This document shows positions 22,473-35,759 of a stretch of DNA of 64,000 bases, one piece after another. This DNA is from an uncultured Chloroflexia bacterium (lineage in GTDB: Bacteria; Chloroflexota; Anaerolineae; JAAYZQ01): assembly GCA_963700285.1 (NCBI GenBank), contig CAVOXA010000014.1:480001-544000 (forward strand). The letters are read 5' to 3'. Both the position numbers and the translations under genes were made by a program. The notes under the pieces are model-generated. The model saw only the letters and a program-made list of their open reading frames with translations. It was not told the DNA's origin and searched no databases. Position 1 is the first letter of the stretch, and each line of letters begins with the position of its first letter.

Positions 22473-23111
22473 ATGGGCAGAAGAACGAGTATTCCGGTCA
22501 AAGTCCGGCGGCCAAGTGAAAATCTAGCGCCAACGCACAGCGCACAGGCTGGCCGTGCACCAGCCAACCCCGACGGTGTGGGGGAACTGCGCTATTTGGA
22601 AGCAGAGCCAGAGCGGCAGGAGCAAAAGCCTGCCCCCATCGCGCTGGCGCAGAGTAAGCGATTCCAAAGAGGCTGAATCCGTCGCAGGATGCGGATGAGT
22701 GGCAGCGATCGCGCACTGCGGCTGCAGGCCGAGATGGAGAACTATCGAAGGCGCCAGCGACGACAGGCTGAGGAACAGATCGAGGCGGAGCGCAAGCGAC
22801 TACTGGGTGCATTTTTGGGAGTCGTGGACGACCTGGAACGGGCACTGGCAACACCGGACGGCGATGAAGTAGCACTGCGCCAGGGCGTCCAACTGACACA
22901 CCGGCAGGCGCTACAACTCTTGGACAGAGAGGGAGTCGAGCAGATCGAGGCCGAGGGTCAGGCATTCGATCCAAGCTGGCATGAAGCCGTGGCCACCGTT
23001 GGCCGCAATGGCAGCAGCGTGGCTCCCGGCACCGTTGTCCAGGTCATCGAACATGGATACCGGCTGGGCAGCCAGTTGCTCCGGCCGGCCAAGGTCATCG
23101 TGGCTATCTAG
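22473..23111 (+). CDS. grpE: Nucleotide exchange factor GrpE (frameshift in N-terminal part)
   Basis: LRLQAEMENYRRR, FDPSWHEAV, GYRLGSQLLRPAKV. Confidence 0.92.
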
Positions 23112-23165
23112 CGAGCGACAGAGACTCTCTTTTGGATCAGCGAGAGTCTCCGCTGGAGTAAGTGT

Positions 23166-24143
23166 ATGGATTATAAGGATTACTACAAAGTCCTGGGCGT
23201 GGACAAGAAAGCGAATGAGAAGGAGATCAAACAAGCCTTTCGACGTCTGGCCCGGCAATACCACCCTGACGTGAACCCGGACGACCCTCAGGCCGAAGAG
23301 CGTTTCAAGGAGATCAACGAAGCCTACGAGGTGCTCTCTGACCAGGAGAAGCGGCAAAAGTACGATCAACTCGGTGCCGACTGGCAACGCTGGCAGCAGA
23401 CCGGTGGCAGGCCAGGCGACTTTGACTGGGGCCGCTGGACCTCAGGCAGGCCAGGGGAAGGGGTACACGTCCGCTATGGGACGCCGGAGGACCTGGAGGA
23501 TCTCTTTGGCGGCGGCAGCGCCTTCTCTGACTTTTTCAGCCAGGTCTTTGGCGGGACGGGCGGGGTACGCGGAGGCCGCGGCTTCCAGTACCAGATGCGG
23601 CCTCAACGCGGACAGGACTATGAACAGCCGGTAGAGATCACCCTGCAAGAAGCCTATCATGGCACGACTCGCGTGCTGCAGAAGGAAGATCAGCGGCTGG
23701 AGATCAAGATCCCGCCGGGAGCCAAGACCGGCACCCGCGTGCGCATGAGTGGTGAGGGAGGCCCGGCCCGGCCGGCGGGCCGGCTGGGGACCTTTACCTG
23801 CGGGTGACCGTTCTTCCCGACCCGCGGTTTGAGCGCAAGGGCGATGACCTGCACACCAAGCGTGCCCGTGGACCTATACACGATGGTTCTGGGCGGCGAG
23901 GTTCACGTACCGACCATGACCGGCGATGTCGTACTCACCATACCGGCCGGAACCCAGAATGGTCGCTCTTTCCGCCTGCGCGGCAAGGGGATGCCTCGGC
24001 TGCGCCAGTCTGGCCAGCATGGCGACCTCTACGCCAAGGTCGAGGTCCAGTTGCCAACCGACCTGACAGCTCGGCAGCGAGAGCTGTTCGAGGAACTCCA
24101 GCAGATTTCCGGAGAGAGCCGAGGGACACGGGAGGCATGCTAA
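23166..24143 (+). CDS. Class B J-domain protein (CbpA/DnaJ2-like, no zinc finger), frameshifted
   Basis: [25 protein letters not shown]; DnaJ C-domain [13 protein letters not shown]. Confidence 0.9.
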
Positions 24144-24467
24144 TGTCTCCTGAAGACAGGAACCTGTATCAGCCTGAGCATCGCCGTCCAGCGGACCGGC
24201 CTCTCTCACGACCAAGTCCGGCGGCTGATTGCTCGCCGTCTGGTGGCGGAACCACTGGCCGAAGCTGACCTGGCTGAACTGCGGCGCATCCGCCGCCTGC
24301 AGGAGCTAGGCGTCAATCTTGCCGGCATCGAGATTATCTTGCACATGCGGCAGCGAATCATAGAACAGCGCGCCGAGCTTGCCCGACGAGGTAGAGCCAC
24401 GCCCCGGCGAGAGCGCCCGCCTGCGAAAGACAAATGGCAAATGTTGCTGCGCTGGGATCCTGACTGA
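24143..24467 (+). CDS. Small MerR-like HTH protein (CbpM/HspR-like), one frameshift
   Basis: LRRIRRLQELGVNLAGIEIILHM; start overlaps the J-protein stop. Confidence 0.75.
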
Positions 24468-24610
24468 CTCCGGAGCAAGTGATCAGCGCACGGATTCGAA
24501 GCGGAGCATGGCAGTTCTCCGGGCAGCCGTCACGCTATGCGCAGCAATCTGAGTACCTGACAGAAATGCTCTGAGATCCAGATAAGAAACAATAGACAGA
24601 GGATTGAACC

Positions 24611-26502
24611 ATGACCGAAGATACCGAGGCTACGCCCGGCACTGGAATCATACGAGTTCAAGGCCGAGATCCAACAGCTACTGAACATCCTGGTCCACTC
24701 GCTCTACACGGAGCGAGAGATCTTTTTGCGGGAGCTGCTCTCCAATGCCTCTGACGCCCTGAACCGCGTCCAGTTCGAGATGCTGACCAACCGCGACGTC
24801 CTGGACCCCGATGCAGAGCTGGCCATCACTGTTGAGGTAGACGAGGAGGCCAGGACTATCACCATCTCCGATACGGGCATTGGCATGACTCGGAAGAAGT
24901 CGCTCGAGGATCTGGGCACCATCGCCCACTCGGGGGCGGCTGCGTTTCTGGAGCAACTGGAGCAGGAGCAGCGCCCCTCTGTGGAGTTGATCGGCCAGTT
25001 TGGTGTGGGTTTTTACTCGGTGTTCATGGTCGCCGAACAGGTGCGCGTGCTCAGCCGCTCCTACGAGCCTGAAGCTGAAGCCATCGAGTGGGTATCGGAT
25101 GGCAGCACCAACTACAGCCTGGGACCAGCCGACAAGGCAGGCCGGGGTACCCGAATTGAGATCAAGCTCAAGGAGGATGCCGCCGAGTTCGCCAACACCT
25201 GGCGGCTGGAGCAGATCATCAGAAGGCATTCTGACTTTGTGGCTTTTCCCATCTATGTTGGCGACAAGGCTGAATCCGTCAATCGCAGACTGGCCCTGTG
25301 GCGCCAGTCGCCCCAGGAGGTAACAGGCGAGCAATACGACGACTTTTACAGGCACCTGACCTTCGACTTTGAGGAACCGCTGCTCTACGCCCACCTGGTG
25401 AGCGACGCTCCCGTGGATGTTCGCAGCGTCCTCTTCGTTCCCTCCCGTCGCGAGCGTGGCCCCATTGGCCCACGCACCGACCACGGGCTGAGGCTCTACA
25501 TCCGCAATGTCCTGATCCAAGAGCACAACAAAGATCTGCTGCCCAACCACTTTCGTTTCGTCGAAGGTGTAGTCGAGTCGGAGGATCTGCCGCTAAACAT
25601 CTCGCGCGAGGTAGTACAGCGCAGCCCTGCGGCCCGGCGCGTACAGAAGAGCGCTGGCCCGCAAGCTGACCAGGGAACTGCAAGACCTGGCTGAGAGGGA
25701 ACCGGAAAAGTACCGCGGTTTCTGGGAGGAGTTTGGGCCCTTTATCAAAGAGGGTGTGGCTTCCGATCCAGCGGCCAAAGAGGACCTGTTGCCCCTGCTA
25801 AAGTTCCATTCGTCCAAGAGTGGTGACGATCTGATCTCGCTGGCACAGTATGCGGAGCGGATGGCTGAGGGCCAGGAAGCCATCTACTACGTTCTGGGCG
25901 ATGACCTGCGATCTGTGGCCCGCAGCCCACATTTGGACTATTTCCGAGCCCACGACATCGAGGTGATTTTCCTGGTTGAGCCCATTGACAGTTTTATGAT
26001 TGCCGCACTGCAGGAATACGCCGGCAAGCCATTAAGAAACGCGGATGACGCAGGGCTCGAACTGCCCAACGGGGATGAGGCACTGGACGAGGCGCCCGAG
26101 TCTATCGCGGAACCCGAGTTCAACCGGCTGGTGAGCCGATTTGTCAGCGTGTTGGGTGAACGCGTACTGGAAGTCCGTGAGTCCAAGGTACTCAGAGAAA
26201 ATCCGTGCCGCCTGGCATCGCCCGACGATGGTAGCCTGCACGAGATGTCGCGCGTATATCGCATGCTCGACCAAGAGTTTGAGATGCCAAAGCGGATTTT
26301 GGAGGTCAACCGCCGCCATCCCATCATCGTGAATCTTGCCCAGTTGGTGAGCGAGACCCCAGAGGACGAGATCATCGAGCCGGCCATTGAGCAGCTCTTT
26401 GAGAACCAGTTGCTCATGGAGGGCCTGCATCCCAACCCGACGGACATGATCCCGCGCATTCAACAGCTCATGGAATCGGCTACGGCTCCCAGCGAGGCCT
26501 AG
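24611..26502 (+). CDS. htpG: Chaperone HtpG (Hsp90), frameshifted
   Basis: [44 protein letters not shown]. Confidence 0.95.
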
Positions 26503-26583
26503 CCGGGGCACCCGTCGGGTACCGTCAGGGCAGGTAAAAACCTGCTTTGGCCGTGAATACAGAATAGGAGCAGAACAACTGGT

Positions 26584-27003
26584 ATGTTTCGCAAAATACT
26601 CTTTGCCAACAAGGGATCGTCCGCTGGAGACCGGGCACTGCTCTACGTAGAGCACATGGCTTGTCTGGAGAAAGCCGAAGTCGTAGTCGTTCACGCCTTC
26701 GAGGTTCCCAACCGCTATGTTACCACGGAAGCCTATGAAAACCTACGTGCCAGTTTTCAGAAAGCAAGCTGGGATGTTGTTGATGATGCCGTGGAAGAGT
26801 TGAAAAAAGGAGAGGTCCAAGCCAGAGGCATAGTCCGAGAAGGACCGGCAGCCCGAACCATTCTTGAGGTAGCCAATGAGGAAAACGCGTCCCTGATTGT
26901 CTTGGGCACAAGGGGACCATCCAGTGCCGCGGAGCTTCTCCTGGGCAGTGTGAGCACCGAAGTGCTCCGGCTGGCCCGGTGTCCCGTGTTGGCCGTGCCC
27001 TAG
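26584..27003 (+). CDS. Universal stress protein
   Basis: MFRKILFA..LIVLGTRG..LLGSVSTEVLRLARCPVLAV. Confidence 0.92.
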   Translation: MFRKILFANKGSSAGDRALLYVEHMACLEKAEVVVVHAFEVPNRYVTTEAYENLRASFQKASWDVVDDAVEELKKGEVQARGIVREGPAARTILEVANEENASLIVLGTRGPSSAAELLLGSVSTEVLRLARCPVLAVP

Positions 27004-27010
27004 AAAGAAG

Positions 27011-28268
27011 ATGCCCATGTCCACGTACGCCAAACGGTGGATCGCAGTGTTGTTGCTTCTCACAGCGCTGGTAGGTTGCTCGTTGCCCGGCAACATTTCC
27101 GTGCTGCTGGCACCAGCGCCAACGTCCACGGCTGAGCCCGTCTTTACGCCAACCGCCGCGCCCACCTTCACGGCTACTTTCACCCCTACCAGCATACCCA
27201 CTTCTGAAGCGACGCCAGCTCTCACCGAAACCCCATCCTCTGGCCTTGGCCAGCTAGCCCAGCTTGAACGGGAGATCATCAAGGTCTACGAGGATGTTGC
27301 CAGCGGCGTGGTCAACATCACCAACCGCAGCTATGCCTATGACCACTTTTACCGGCCCGTGCCCCAGGAGGGCAGCGGCTCCGGCATCGTCTTTGACAAA
27401 GAGGGGCACATCATCACCAACTACCATGTTGTCGAAGATGCCTCTGAACTGTTTGTGATGCTGGCCGACGATACAACCGTCCCAGCAGAGATAGTGGGGG
27501 CCGATCCAACCACAGACCTGGCCCTCCTCCGGATAGACATCAACCCGGAACTGCTGAGCCCGGTACCGTTGGGAGAGTCGGGTGGCTTGAATGTGGGCCA
27601 ATTCGTCGTGGCCATCGGCAACCCGTTCGGCTTTGAGCATACCTTGACCGTGGGCGTGGTCAGTGCCCTGGGTCGGGTGATCGAGAGTCCCGATGAACGG
27701 TTTATCGGTGAGATCATCCAGACCGACGCGGCCATCAACCCCGGCAACTCTGGCGGGCCTCTGCTGGATCTGACAGGACAGGTGATCGGCGTCAACACGG
27801 CGATCTTTAGCCCCAGCCGGGCTTCAGCGGGCATTGGCTTTGCCATTCCTGCCAGTACGGTACGGCGGGTTGTGCCTGAACTCCTTGCTCGCGGTTACTA
27901 CCCTCACCCCTGGTTGGGTGTCAACCTCATCTGGAACCTGACGCCGGAACGAAGGCAGATCCTGCAGGAAGCTGGAATGAAGGTACCGGTGGAAGAGGGA
28001 ATACTCATTGTAGAGGCGGCGCCACGCAGTCCAGCTGTCCGTGCGGGGCTGCGCGGAGGGCAGCGAGCAGATCCGGGTTGGTCGTTTTCTTCTGTCGGTG
28101 GGCGGAGACATTCTCACGAGCATTGACGGCAGGCCGATCGCCTCGGGCCGGGATCTGATTCGCTATCTGGATACTGAAACCAGAGTCGGACAGACGATAC
28201 AGGTCACATTCTGGCGTGAGGGGAAACTGGAGACGGTACCCATTGTCCTCACGGAGCGTCCACGCTAG
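27011..28268 (+). CDS. HtrA/DegP-like serine protease lipoprotein with PDZ domain, one frameshift near 28062
   Basis: Lipobox LVGC, ITNYHVV, TDLAL, QTDAAINPGNSGGPL. Confidence 0.92.
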
Positions 28269-28326
28269 GCGGAGGCGCTGAAGAGGCCGGCCGGTACTAT
28301 GGTCTGAGCCACATCGACAGCGAGAC

Positions 28327-28355
28327 TTGCGTGTTTTTTTGAACTGTGATAAACT
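28327..28355 (+). promoter_or_regulatory. groESL sigma70-type promoter
   Basis: TTGCGT-17 nt-TAAACT. Confidence 0.6.
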
Positions 28356-28365
28356 GTGCCTTGCG

Positions 28366-28392
28366 TTAGCACTCAAAGCTTGAGAGTGCTAG
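28366..28392. promoter_or_regulatory. CIRCE element (HrcA operator)
   Basis: TTAGCACTC-N9-GAGTGCTAG, one mismatch from consensus, upstream of groES. Confidence 0.92.
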
Positions 28393-28444
28393 CGCATAGC
28401 TTGTGTCGTTCAAGGCATAATACACATTAGGAGGCAAGTTAGAA

Positions 28445-30408
<1,964 letters not shown>

Positions 30409-30421
30409 GCAATGAATTAGC

Positions 30422-30457
30422 CAAGGGGCCACACCCATTTGGAGGTGTGGTCCCTTG
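30422..30457 (+). terminator. Hairpin after groEL
   Basis: CAAGGGGCCACACC-8 nt-GGTGTGGTCCCTTG. Confidence 0.65.
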
Positions 30458-30573
30458 CGTCCAGCTACGATTTCTGGCATTGAGGGGTTCTGCTGCCAGG
30501 TTCCAAGCATCGCAGAGCACAGTCCTGCGAGCCCAGGGTCAGCATCCCTCTGGAAAAGAAGGAAATACGGGCC

Positions 30574-30873
30574 ATGCCAATATACGAATATGAATGCTCA
30601 GAGTGCGGTGTGCACTTTGACAAGCTGCAACACTTTGGTGATCCAAAGCCAGAGAGCTGCCCCAATGGGCACAGCCAGGTACACAAACGCTTGTCACAGC
30701 CAACCATTATCTTCAAGGGGTCAGGGTTCTATGTAACCGACAACGGACGCAACGGCCGGTACAAGTCCGCCGCCAAGAAAGAAAAGACCCCCTCGCCAGA
30801 AACCACCACCAGCCCCCAGTCGAAGACAGGTGGGGATGGAACAAGCAAGACGAGTTCCACAGAAGCGGGCTAG
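30574..30873 (+). CDS. FmdB family zinc-ribbon protein
   Basis: MPIYEYECSECG..CP..IIFKGSGFYVTD. Confidence 0.92.
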   Translation: MPIYEYECSECGVHFDKLQHFGDPKPESCPNGHSQVHKRLSQPTIIFKGSGFYVTDNGRNGRYKSAAKKEKTPSPETTTSPQSKTGGDGTSKTSSTEAG

Positions 30874-30896
30874 AACCAACCTAGCCCGCGTTTTTT
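30865..30896 (+). terminator. Intrinsic terminator
   Basis: GCGGGCTAG-7 nt-CTAGCCCGC followed by GTTTTTT. Confidence 0.75.
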
Positions 30897-30976
30897 ATCC
30901 CTGATCTGCCGTATGCCCGTGATCCACACTTGCCATTTCCCCCTGCTTCGGCTACAATCTCCGACGAGGAGTGAGC

Positions 30977-31723
30977 ATGGCGCACGAAACGATCTTGGTC
31001 GTGGATGATGAGCCGGCCATTGTCCAGGTAATCTGCGAGCGGCTGGCACGGGAGGGCTTTGCCGTGGGCAAAGCCACGAACGGAGAGGCGGCTCTGGCAG
31101 CCGTCGGCCAGGATCTACCCGACCTGGTTATCCTCGACCTGATGCTGCCCGACATGGATGGCTTTGAGGTACTGCGCCAACTGCGCCACGACGGCCATGA
31201 CCTACCGGTCATCATCCTCACCGCCCGCGACGATGACGTGGACATCGTGGTCGGTTTGGAGCTGGGCGCCGACGACTATGTGGTCAAGCCTTTCAACCCC
31301 CGCGAGCTGGCTGCCCGTGTGCGTGCTGTACTGCGCCGTAGAGCCGAGACGCTGGCACTGGCTGCCCGTGTGGCGAATCTGGAGGCACAGCTACCCACGG
31401 GTTCTGCTGATCGGGATTCAAGCGTCCAGCCTCCTTCCCACGGCCTCCACCTAGACGAACCTGCCCGGCGCGCCTGGTTCGCGGGGCAACTCCTCGATCT
31501 ACGCCCGCGTGAGTATGATCTTCTCTTCTGCCTGAGCCAACACAACGGTCAGGTACTGACACGTGATACCCTCTTGGACCGGGTGTGGGGCACAGCGAGC
31601 TATATCGATGATCGAACGGTGGATGTACACATCCATCGCCTGCGGCAGAAGCTGGCTGAAGCAGACCCAACCGTGGATCCCATCCAGACGGAACGAGGTA
31701 TCGGCTACCGGCTGGAGCTGTGA
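30977..31723 (+). CDS. OmpR/PhoB family response regulator
   Basis: VVDDE, ILDLMLP, KPF, RTVDVHIHRLRQKL; promoter TTGCCA-17-TACAAT at 30930-30958. Confidence 0.95.
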   Translation: MAHETILVVDDEPAIVQVICERLAREGFAVGKATNGEAALAAVGQDLPDLVILDLMLPDMDGFEVLRQLRHDGHDLPVIILTARDDDVDIVVGLELGADDYVVKPFNPRELAARVRAVLRRRAETLALAARVANLEAQLPTGSADRDSSVQPPSHGLHLDEPARRAWFAGQLLDLRPREYDLLFCLSQHNGQVLTRDTLLDRVWGTASYIDDRTVDVHIHRLRQKLAEADPTVDPIQTERGIGYRLEL

Positions 31724-33171
31724 TGATCCCTTCTCCTGCTCAACAAAACAAGCCCGGTTTTCGGGTCCGCGGCAGCCTAACGATCCGACTGGCCCTCATC
31801 TTTGGGCTTGTCAACGCGGTGGCGATCAGCGCGATGGGCTTGAGCGTGTATTCTCTCACTGCCCACTATTTGCGGACCCGGGCACAAGACGACCTGAATG
31901 CCCTGGCCGCCTTCTACGCCGCATACACGGCTGCTGCGGCCCCTGACAAAGACCGCCTGGTCGCACTGGCCCCTCAAATTGCCAGTTTTTTTGCTCCCCA
32001 GGGAGGCTACGATGTGCGCATCTTTGACGGTGGCAGTGGGACCCTGCTGGCTGCCACCCGGGACATTGGTACGCTGCCGAGTAGCCTGACGCTGGCCGAA
32101 CTCGGTTATCGCCGGCCCACGCTCTTTCTGGCAGCCAGCCAGGACGAGGCTGACCGGCTCTATGCAGCCCAGCCCGTGGTGGCGCCCAGTGGAACAGCGC
32201 TGGCTGTGGTTGAGGTATCCCGTTCTGTGGCTGAAATGCGGACGCTGCTCAGCACACTGCGGCTGGCACTGCTACTTTCGGGCGCGGTGGCGCTGGCTGC
32301 CGTCCTGATGGCCAGCTTTCTTCTGGCACGGAGGGTCACCGGTCCATTGGGCGACATGGAAGCGGCTACAAGGGCAATCGCCAAGGGGGATTTCGCCCGC
32401 CGCTTGCCGGTTGGTTCTGAGGACGAGATTGGCCGCCTTGCGGCCAGTATCAACGAGATGGCCGCCGATCTCGCCCGCCTTGAGGCAGCCCGGAGGGATT
32501 TCACGGCCAAGATATCCCACGATCTGCGTACGCCGCTGACGGCTATCAAGGGCTTTGTGGTCAACCTGCAAGACACAGCACCCAACGAGATGCAAGCCTC
32601 CCTGCAGACCATGGAAGAACAGGTTGACCACCTCAGCCGTCTGGTGACCGATCTGCTGACCCTATCGCGACTACAGCGCGGCGAACTGCAACTACGCTGC
32701 ACTGAGACGGACCTGGCGGCCATCGCCCGCTCGGCTGTAATCCTCATCAGCCCAAAGGCCGAGCGACTGGGTGTCGCCCTGACTCTCGAGCTGCCCGATG
32801 ACCCGGCCCCGGCTTGCGGTGACGCTGGCCGCCTGCAACAGGTTGCCGTGAACTTGCTGGACAATGCCCTTCGGGCTACGCCGGCCGGCGGGTCCGCAAG
32901 AGTCCGTGTGACCAGCACCGACTCGGAGGTCTGTTTGGCGGTAATCGACAAGGGCCGAGGACTGTCGGACGAAGAGGCTGCCTGCGCTTTTGAACCTTAC
33001 TTCCATGGACCGGGAGGGGGCAGCGGCCTGGGACTAGCCATTGCCCAAGAGATCGTGGCCGCCCATGGCGGTCGTATTTGGCTGGAGGCTCGTTCCGAGG
33101 GCGGAACTGAGGCAGGGTTTGCTCTGCCCCAGTGGGGAGCGGGGAATCTGCCCTGCTGCTCCACAATCTGA
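31720..33171 (+). CDS. Membrane sensor histidine kinase (2 TM, HAMP, HisKA, HATPase)
   Basis: DEIGRLAASINEMA, ISHDLRTPL, NLLDNA, GSGLGLAIA. Confidence 0.95.
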   Translation: MMIPSPAQQNKPGFRVRGSLTIRLALIFGLVNAVAISAMGLSVYSLTAHYLRTRAQDDLNALAAFYAAYTAAAAPDKDRLVALAPQIASFFAPQGGYDVRIFDGGSGTLLAATRDIGTLPSSLTLAELGYRRPTLFLAASQDEADRLYAAQPVVAPSGTALAVVEVSRSVAEMRTLLSTLRLALLLSGAVALAAVLMASFLLARRVTGPLGDMEAATRAIAKGDFARRLPVGSEDEIGRLAASINEMAADLARLEAARRDFTAKISHDLRTPLTAIKGFVVNLQDTAPNEMQASLQTMEEQVDHLSRLVTDLLTLSRLQRGELQLRCTETDLAAIARSAVILISPKAERLGVALTLELPDDPAPACGDAGRLQQVAVNLLDNALRATPAGGSARVRVTSTDSEVCLAVIDKGRGLSDEEAACAFEPYFHGPGGGSGLGLAIAQEIVAAHGGRIWLEARSEGGTEAGFALPQWGAGNLPCCSTI

Positions 33172-33192
33172 GACGAGGCCAGAGCCTGGAGA

Positions 33193-34410
33193 ATGCGAAA
33201 ACTCACCCGGATCGTAGCTTATTTGGCAGCCGTACTGGGGCTTGTCGCCTGTGGTGCCAGCCGTGGCACCGCGACGCCGACGCCCACCATCACCTTCTCT
33301 CATAGTGGCCCTGGCCCCACTGTCACCCCATGGCTCGTGGCCCAGGAAGATCCCGACGACAGCACATACCCGACTCTGGCCGACTTTTGGGAGGGTCGGG
33401 CCGAGTTCGAGCTGCAGGTCCAGGAGACGGGGCTGCCCCGAGGCGAATCTGATACCATCGTCATGGGCAACGGTGAGTTGTGGTCTTTTCTGCACGCCAG
33501 TGACCGCTCTGCGGGAACAGTGGACCGCTGTGGCCAGCCGGTAGAGTTTCCCGGGTGCACGGTGATCTATAAGAGCTACGATGGTGGGTTCACGTTCCAG
33601 CACGATGCCCCCCCCGTCTGCCAGTTCGAGTGTGACGGGTGCCCCTGTGATCCAGAGAGAGATCACATCGTCCAACAGCAGTACCCACGCGTCCATTTCG
33701 ACGGCGAGACTCTGGTACTGGTCTACGAATACCTGGGGCGCGTCATGCTGCGCCGTTCCAACGACGGCCTGGCCTGGAGCCAGCCCCAGCGGGTAGACGA
33801 TACCGGCATATGGAAGCTCTGGTTAGAGGACTGTCCGCCCGAGGAGTTGATCGGCGAGCATCCCTACGTACGCTACGACTATGAATGCCTGGCTGGTGGC
33901 CCGCCCGGAGTTTATGTCGAGAATGGGACCATCTATGTGTTTCTGGCAGCCGGCCAGAATCCCGGCAGCATGGGTTGCTTCTATGGCAAGGTGAAGGGCA
34001 ACGCAAGGCGATTCAAGCGCTGCGAGTCTAACCCCCTCTTCACCGGCGCGGACGAATATGGCCCGCTGGAGGAAAAGGGGGCGCGAACGAATCCCTTCTT
34101 TGACTTTCGAACCATCAGTTCTGCGGAGGTACTCAAGCTCGAGGATGGTTACTATATGCTCTACGAAGGTGTGCGGGGGCCAGGAAAAGGCGACTCTGGC
34201 GACAGCCAATTTGGATTGGGCCTGGCCCGGAGCCTCAGCCATGAGATAGATGGCCCGTGGGAAAAGTACGGTGGCAACCCCATCCTCGTGGACCTACCCG
34301 GTAACATCGGCCTGGGCCACGCCGACTTGGTTGTCATCGACGGCCTGACTGTCCTCTATACCGCTCTTGAGAAGGACAAACGTAGCCGGCTGGACTTGGT
34401 ATGGAAGTAA
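33193..34410 (+). CDS. Lipoprotein of unknown function, probable beta-propeller (sialidase/GH43-like)
   Basis: Lipobox LVACG; Asp-box-like KSYDGGFTF and RSNDGLAWS; GPWEKYGGNPIL. Confidence 0.7.
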   Translation: MRKLTRIVAYLAAVLGLVACGASRGTATPTPTITFSHSGPGPTVTPWLVAQEDPDDSTYPTLADFWEGRAEFELQVQETGLPRGESDTIVMGNGELWSFLHASDRSAGTVDRCGQPVEFPGCTVIYKSYDGGFTFQHDAPPVCQFECDGCPCDPERDHIVQQQYPRVHFDGETLVLVYEYLGRVMLRRSNDGLAWSQPQRVDDTGIWKLWLEDCPPEELIGEHPYVRYDYECLAGGPPGVYVENGTIYVFLAAGQNPGSMGCFYGKVKGNARRFKRCESNPLFTGADEYGPLEEKGARTNPFFDFRTISSAEVLKLEDGYYMLYEGVRGPGKGDSGDSQFGLGLARSLSHEIDGPWEKYGGNPILVDLPGNIGLGHADLVVIDGLTVLYTALEKDKRSRLDLVWK

Positions 34411-34476
34411 CACAAGCCGCGCATCGTAGGGTCGTGCCAGGAGCCGACCGCCAACGGGGGATAGACTCCCCCGGCA

Positions 34477-34517
34477 GCGGTAACATTGCGGTAATACTGC
34501 GGTCATGCTCCAGCAAT
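34477..34517 (+). promoter_or_regulatory. 11-bp-periodic direct repeats upstream of the LolA-like/ABC operon
   Basis: GCGGTAACATT GCGGTAATACT GCGGTCATGCT; TGCTACATT -10-like box at 34530-34538. Confidence 0.6.
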
Positions 34518-34560
34518 CTCACCAAGGCATGCTACATTCATCAGAAAAAGGAGGTGTACG

Positions 34561-35625
34561 GTGAGTCGAAAACTCTTGGCACTGGTCGGTCTGTTCCTGG
34601 CGTTTGGCCTGATTCTGACCGGATGTGGTGGTGGAATCACGGCGGAAGAAGTCGTGTCCAAGATGGAGGAAACGATCGCGAACACGGACAATGCCCACGC
34701 GGTGATCAAGGCCAGCGTCGACGCCCAGGGCATCAAGATGAACGTGACGGCCGAGGTCTGGGAAGTGATGCCGAACAAGGTCCGCGCCGAGGTCCGGGAT
34801 GCCTCAGAGCCCCGTCTTGTGGGCATGGTAATGGTGAGTGACGGCGAGCAGGCATGGCTGTACGAACCGGCCAGCAATCGGGTCACGGTTGGTCGCGCCG
34901 GAGAGATGGAGATGCCCCTGCCCCAGGAAATGCTCAGCTCCCTCAACGAAACAATCCAGGAGGTGCTGGACGTCAGTGACGTAGAACTCGCCGGCGAAGA
35001 GGTGGTGGCCGGCCGCGATGCCTACAAGCTGAGCCTCAGTCCCCGCGAGGATGCTGAGCAGGAGGTCTTTCCTGGCAACGGAACCGCCACGATCTGGGTA
35101 GACAAGGAACAGTGGATTGTCCTCAAGGCCGTCTATGAAGCCAGTACTCTGGGAAGGGGTAGCATGGAAGTCCAGAGCTTTGAGCTAAATCCGGGCGTGG
35201 CAGATGACCTGTTCGACTTTGAGGTGCCAGCGGGGGCTACTGTCGTCGATGCCAAGGTGCAAGAGCCCGAGCCTATGGCGCTGGATGAAGCAGTTGCCCA
35301 GGCGGGGTTCCCACTCATGGTACCAGACTATGTGCCCGACGGGGTGACCCTCATCGAAGTCTTTAAGGTTGGAGACTCGTTTGTCCTGCGCTACAATCAC
35401 TCGACCCAGGTCTCATTCGCAGTCGTTCAAGGGCCGGAGCTAACGGGGCCACCACCGTTGGGACAATCACAGGACGTCTCCGTACGAGGCCAGAGCGCGA
35501 CTGTTGTCAGTGACCAGGCCGGAGGCAATACCTTCCTATACTGGACTGAAAACGGCGTGACGGTGACGATAGCTGGACATATCAGTGTAGAGGAATCGCT
35601 CCGGGTAGCAGATTCGCTCAAGTAA
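34561..35625 (+). CDS. LolA-fold lipoprotein with C-terminal DUF4367-like domain
   Basis: Lipobox LTGCG, VSDGEQAWLYEP, IWVDKE, NPGVADDLFDFEVP, FPLMVPDYVP. Confidence 0.8.
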   Translation: MSRKLLALVGLFLAFGLILTGCGGGITAEEVVSKMEETIANTDNAHAVIKASVDAQGIKMNVTAEVWEVMPNKVRAEVRDASEPRLVGMVMVSDGEQAWLYEPASNRVTVGRAGEMEMPLPQEMLSSLNETIQEVLDVSDVELAGEEVVAGRDAYKLSLSPREDAEQEVFPGNGTATIWVDKEQWIVLKAVYEASTLGRGSMEVQSFELNPGVADDLFDFEVPAGATVVDAKVQEPEPMALDEAVAQAGFPLMVPDYVPDGVTLIEVFKVGDSFVLRYNHSTQVSFAVVQGPELTGPPPLGQSQDVSVRGQSATVVSDQAGGNTFLYWTENGVTVTIAGHISVEESLRVADSLK

Positions 35626-35653
35626 CCGCCGCGTCAGGGCCCTGCGCTCAACC

Positions 35654-35682
35654 TTCGGCCTGCAACAGTGTTGCAGGCCGAA
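35654..35682. terminator. Intercistronic perfect hairpin
   Basis: TTCGGCCTGCAAC-AGT-GTTGCAGGCCGAA. Confidence 0.65.
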
Positions 35683-35759
35683 AACTTGCCGGGTATGGTT
35701 GAGGGCTTGAAGCAGGTACGGAGCAGGAGCATGCACAGGACGGGCATAAGGAGTATCGA

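Noticed and set aside
20499-26502. Programmed frameshifting or true pseudogenes in dnaK, grpE, the J protein and htpG
   Set aside because: Indels are scattered without slippery sites, the coding sequence is otherwise conserved, and there are no in-frame stops once indels are corrected; sequencing error is more likely
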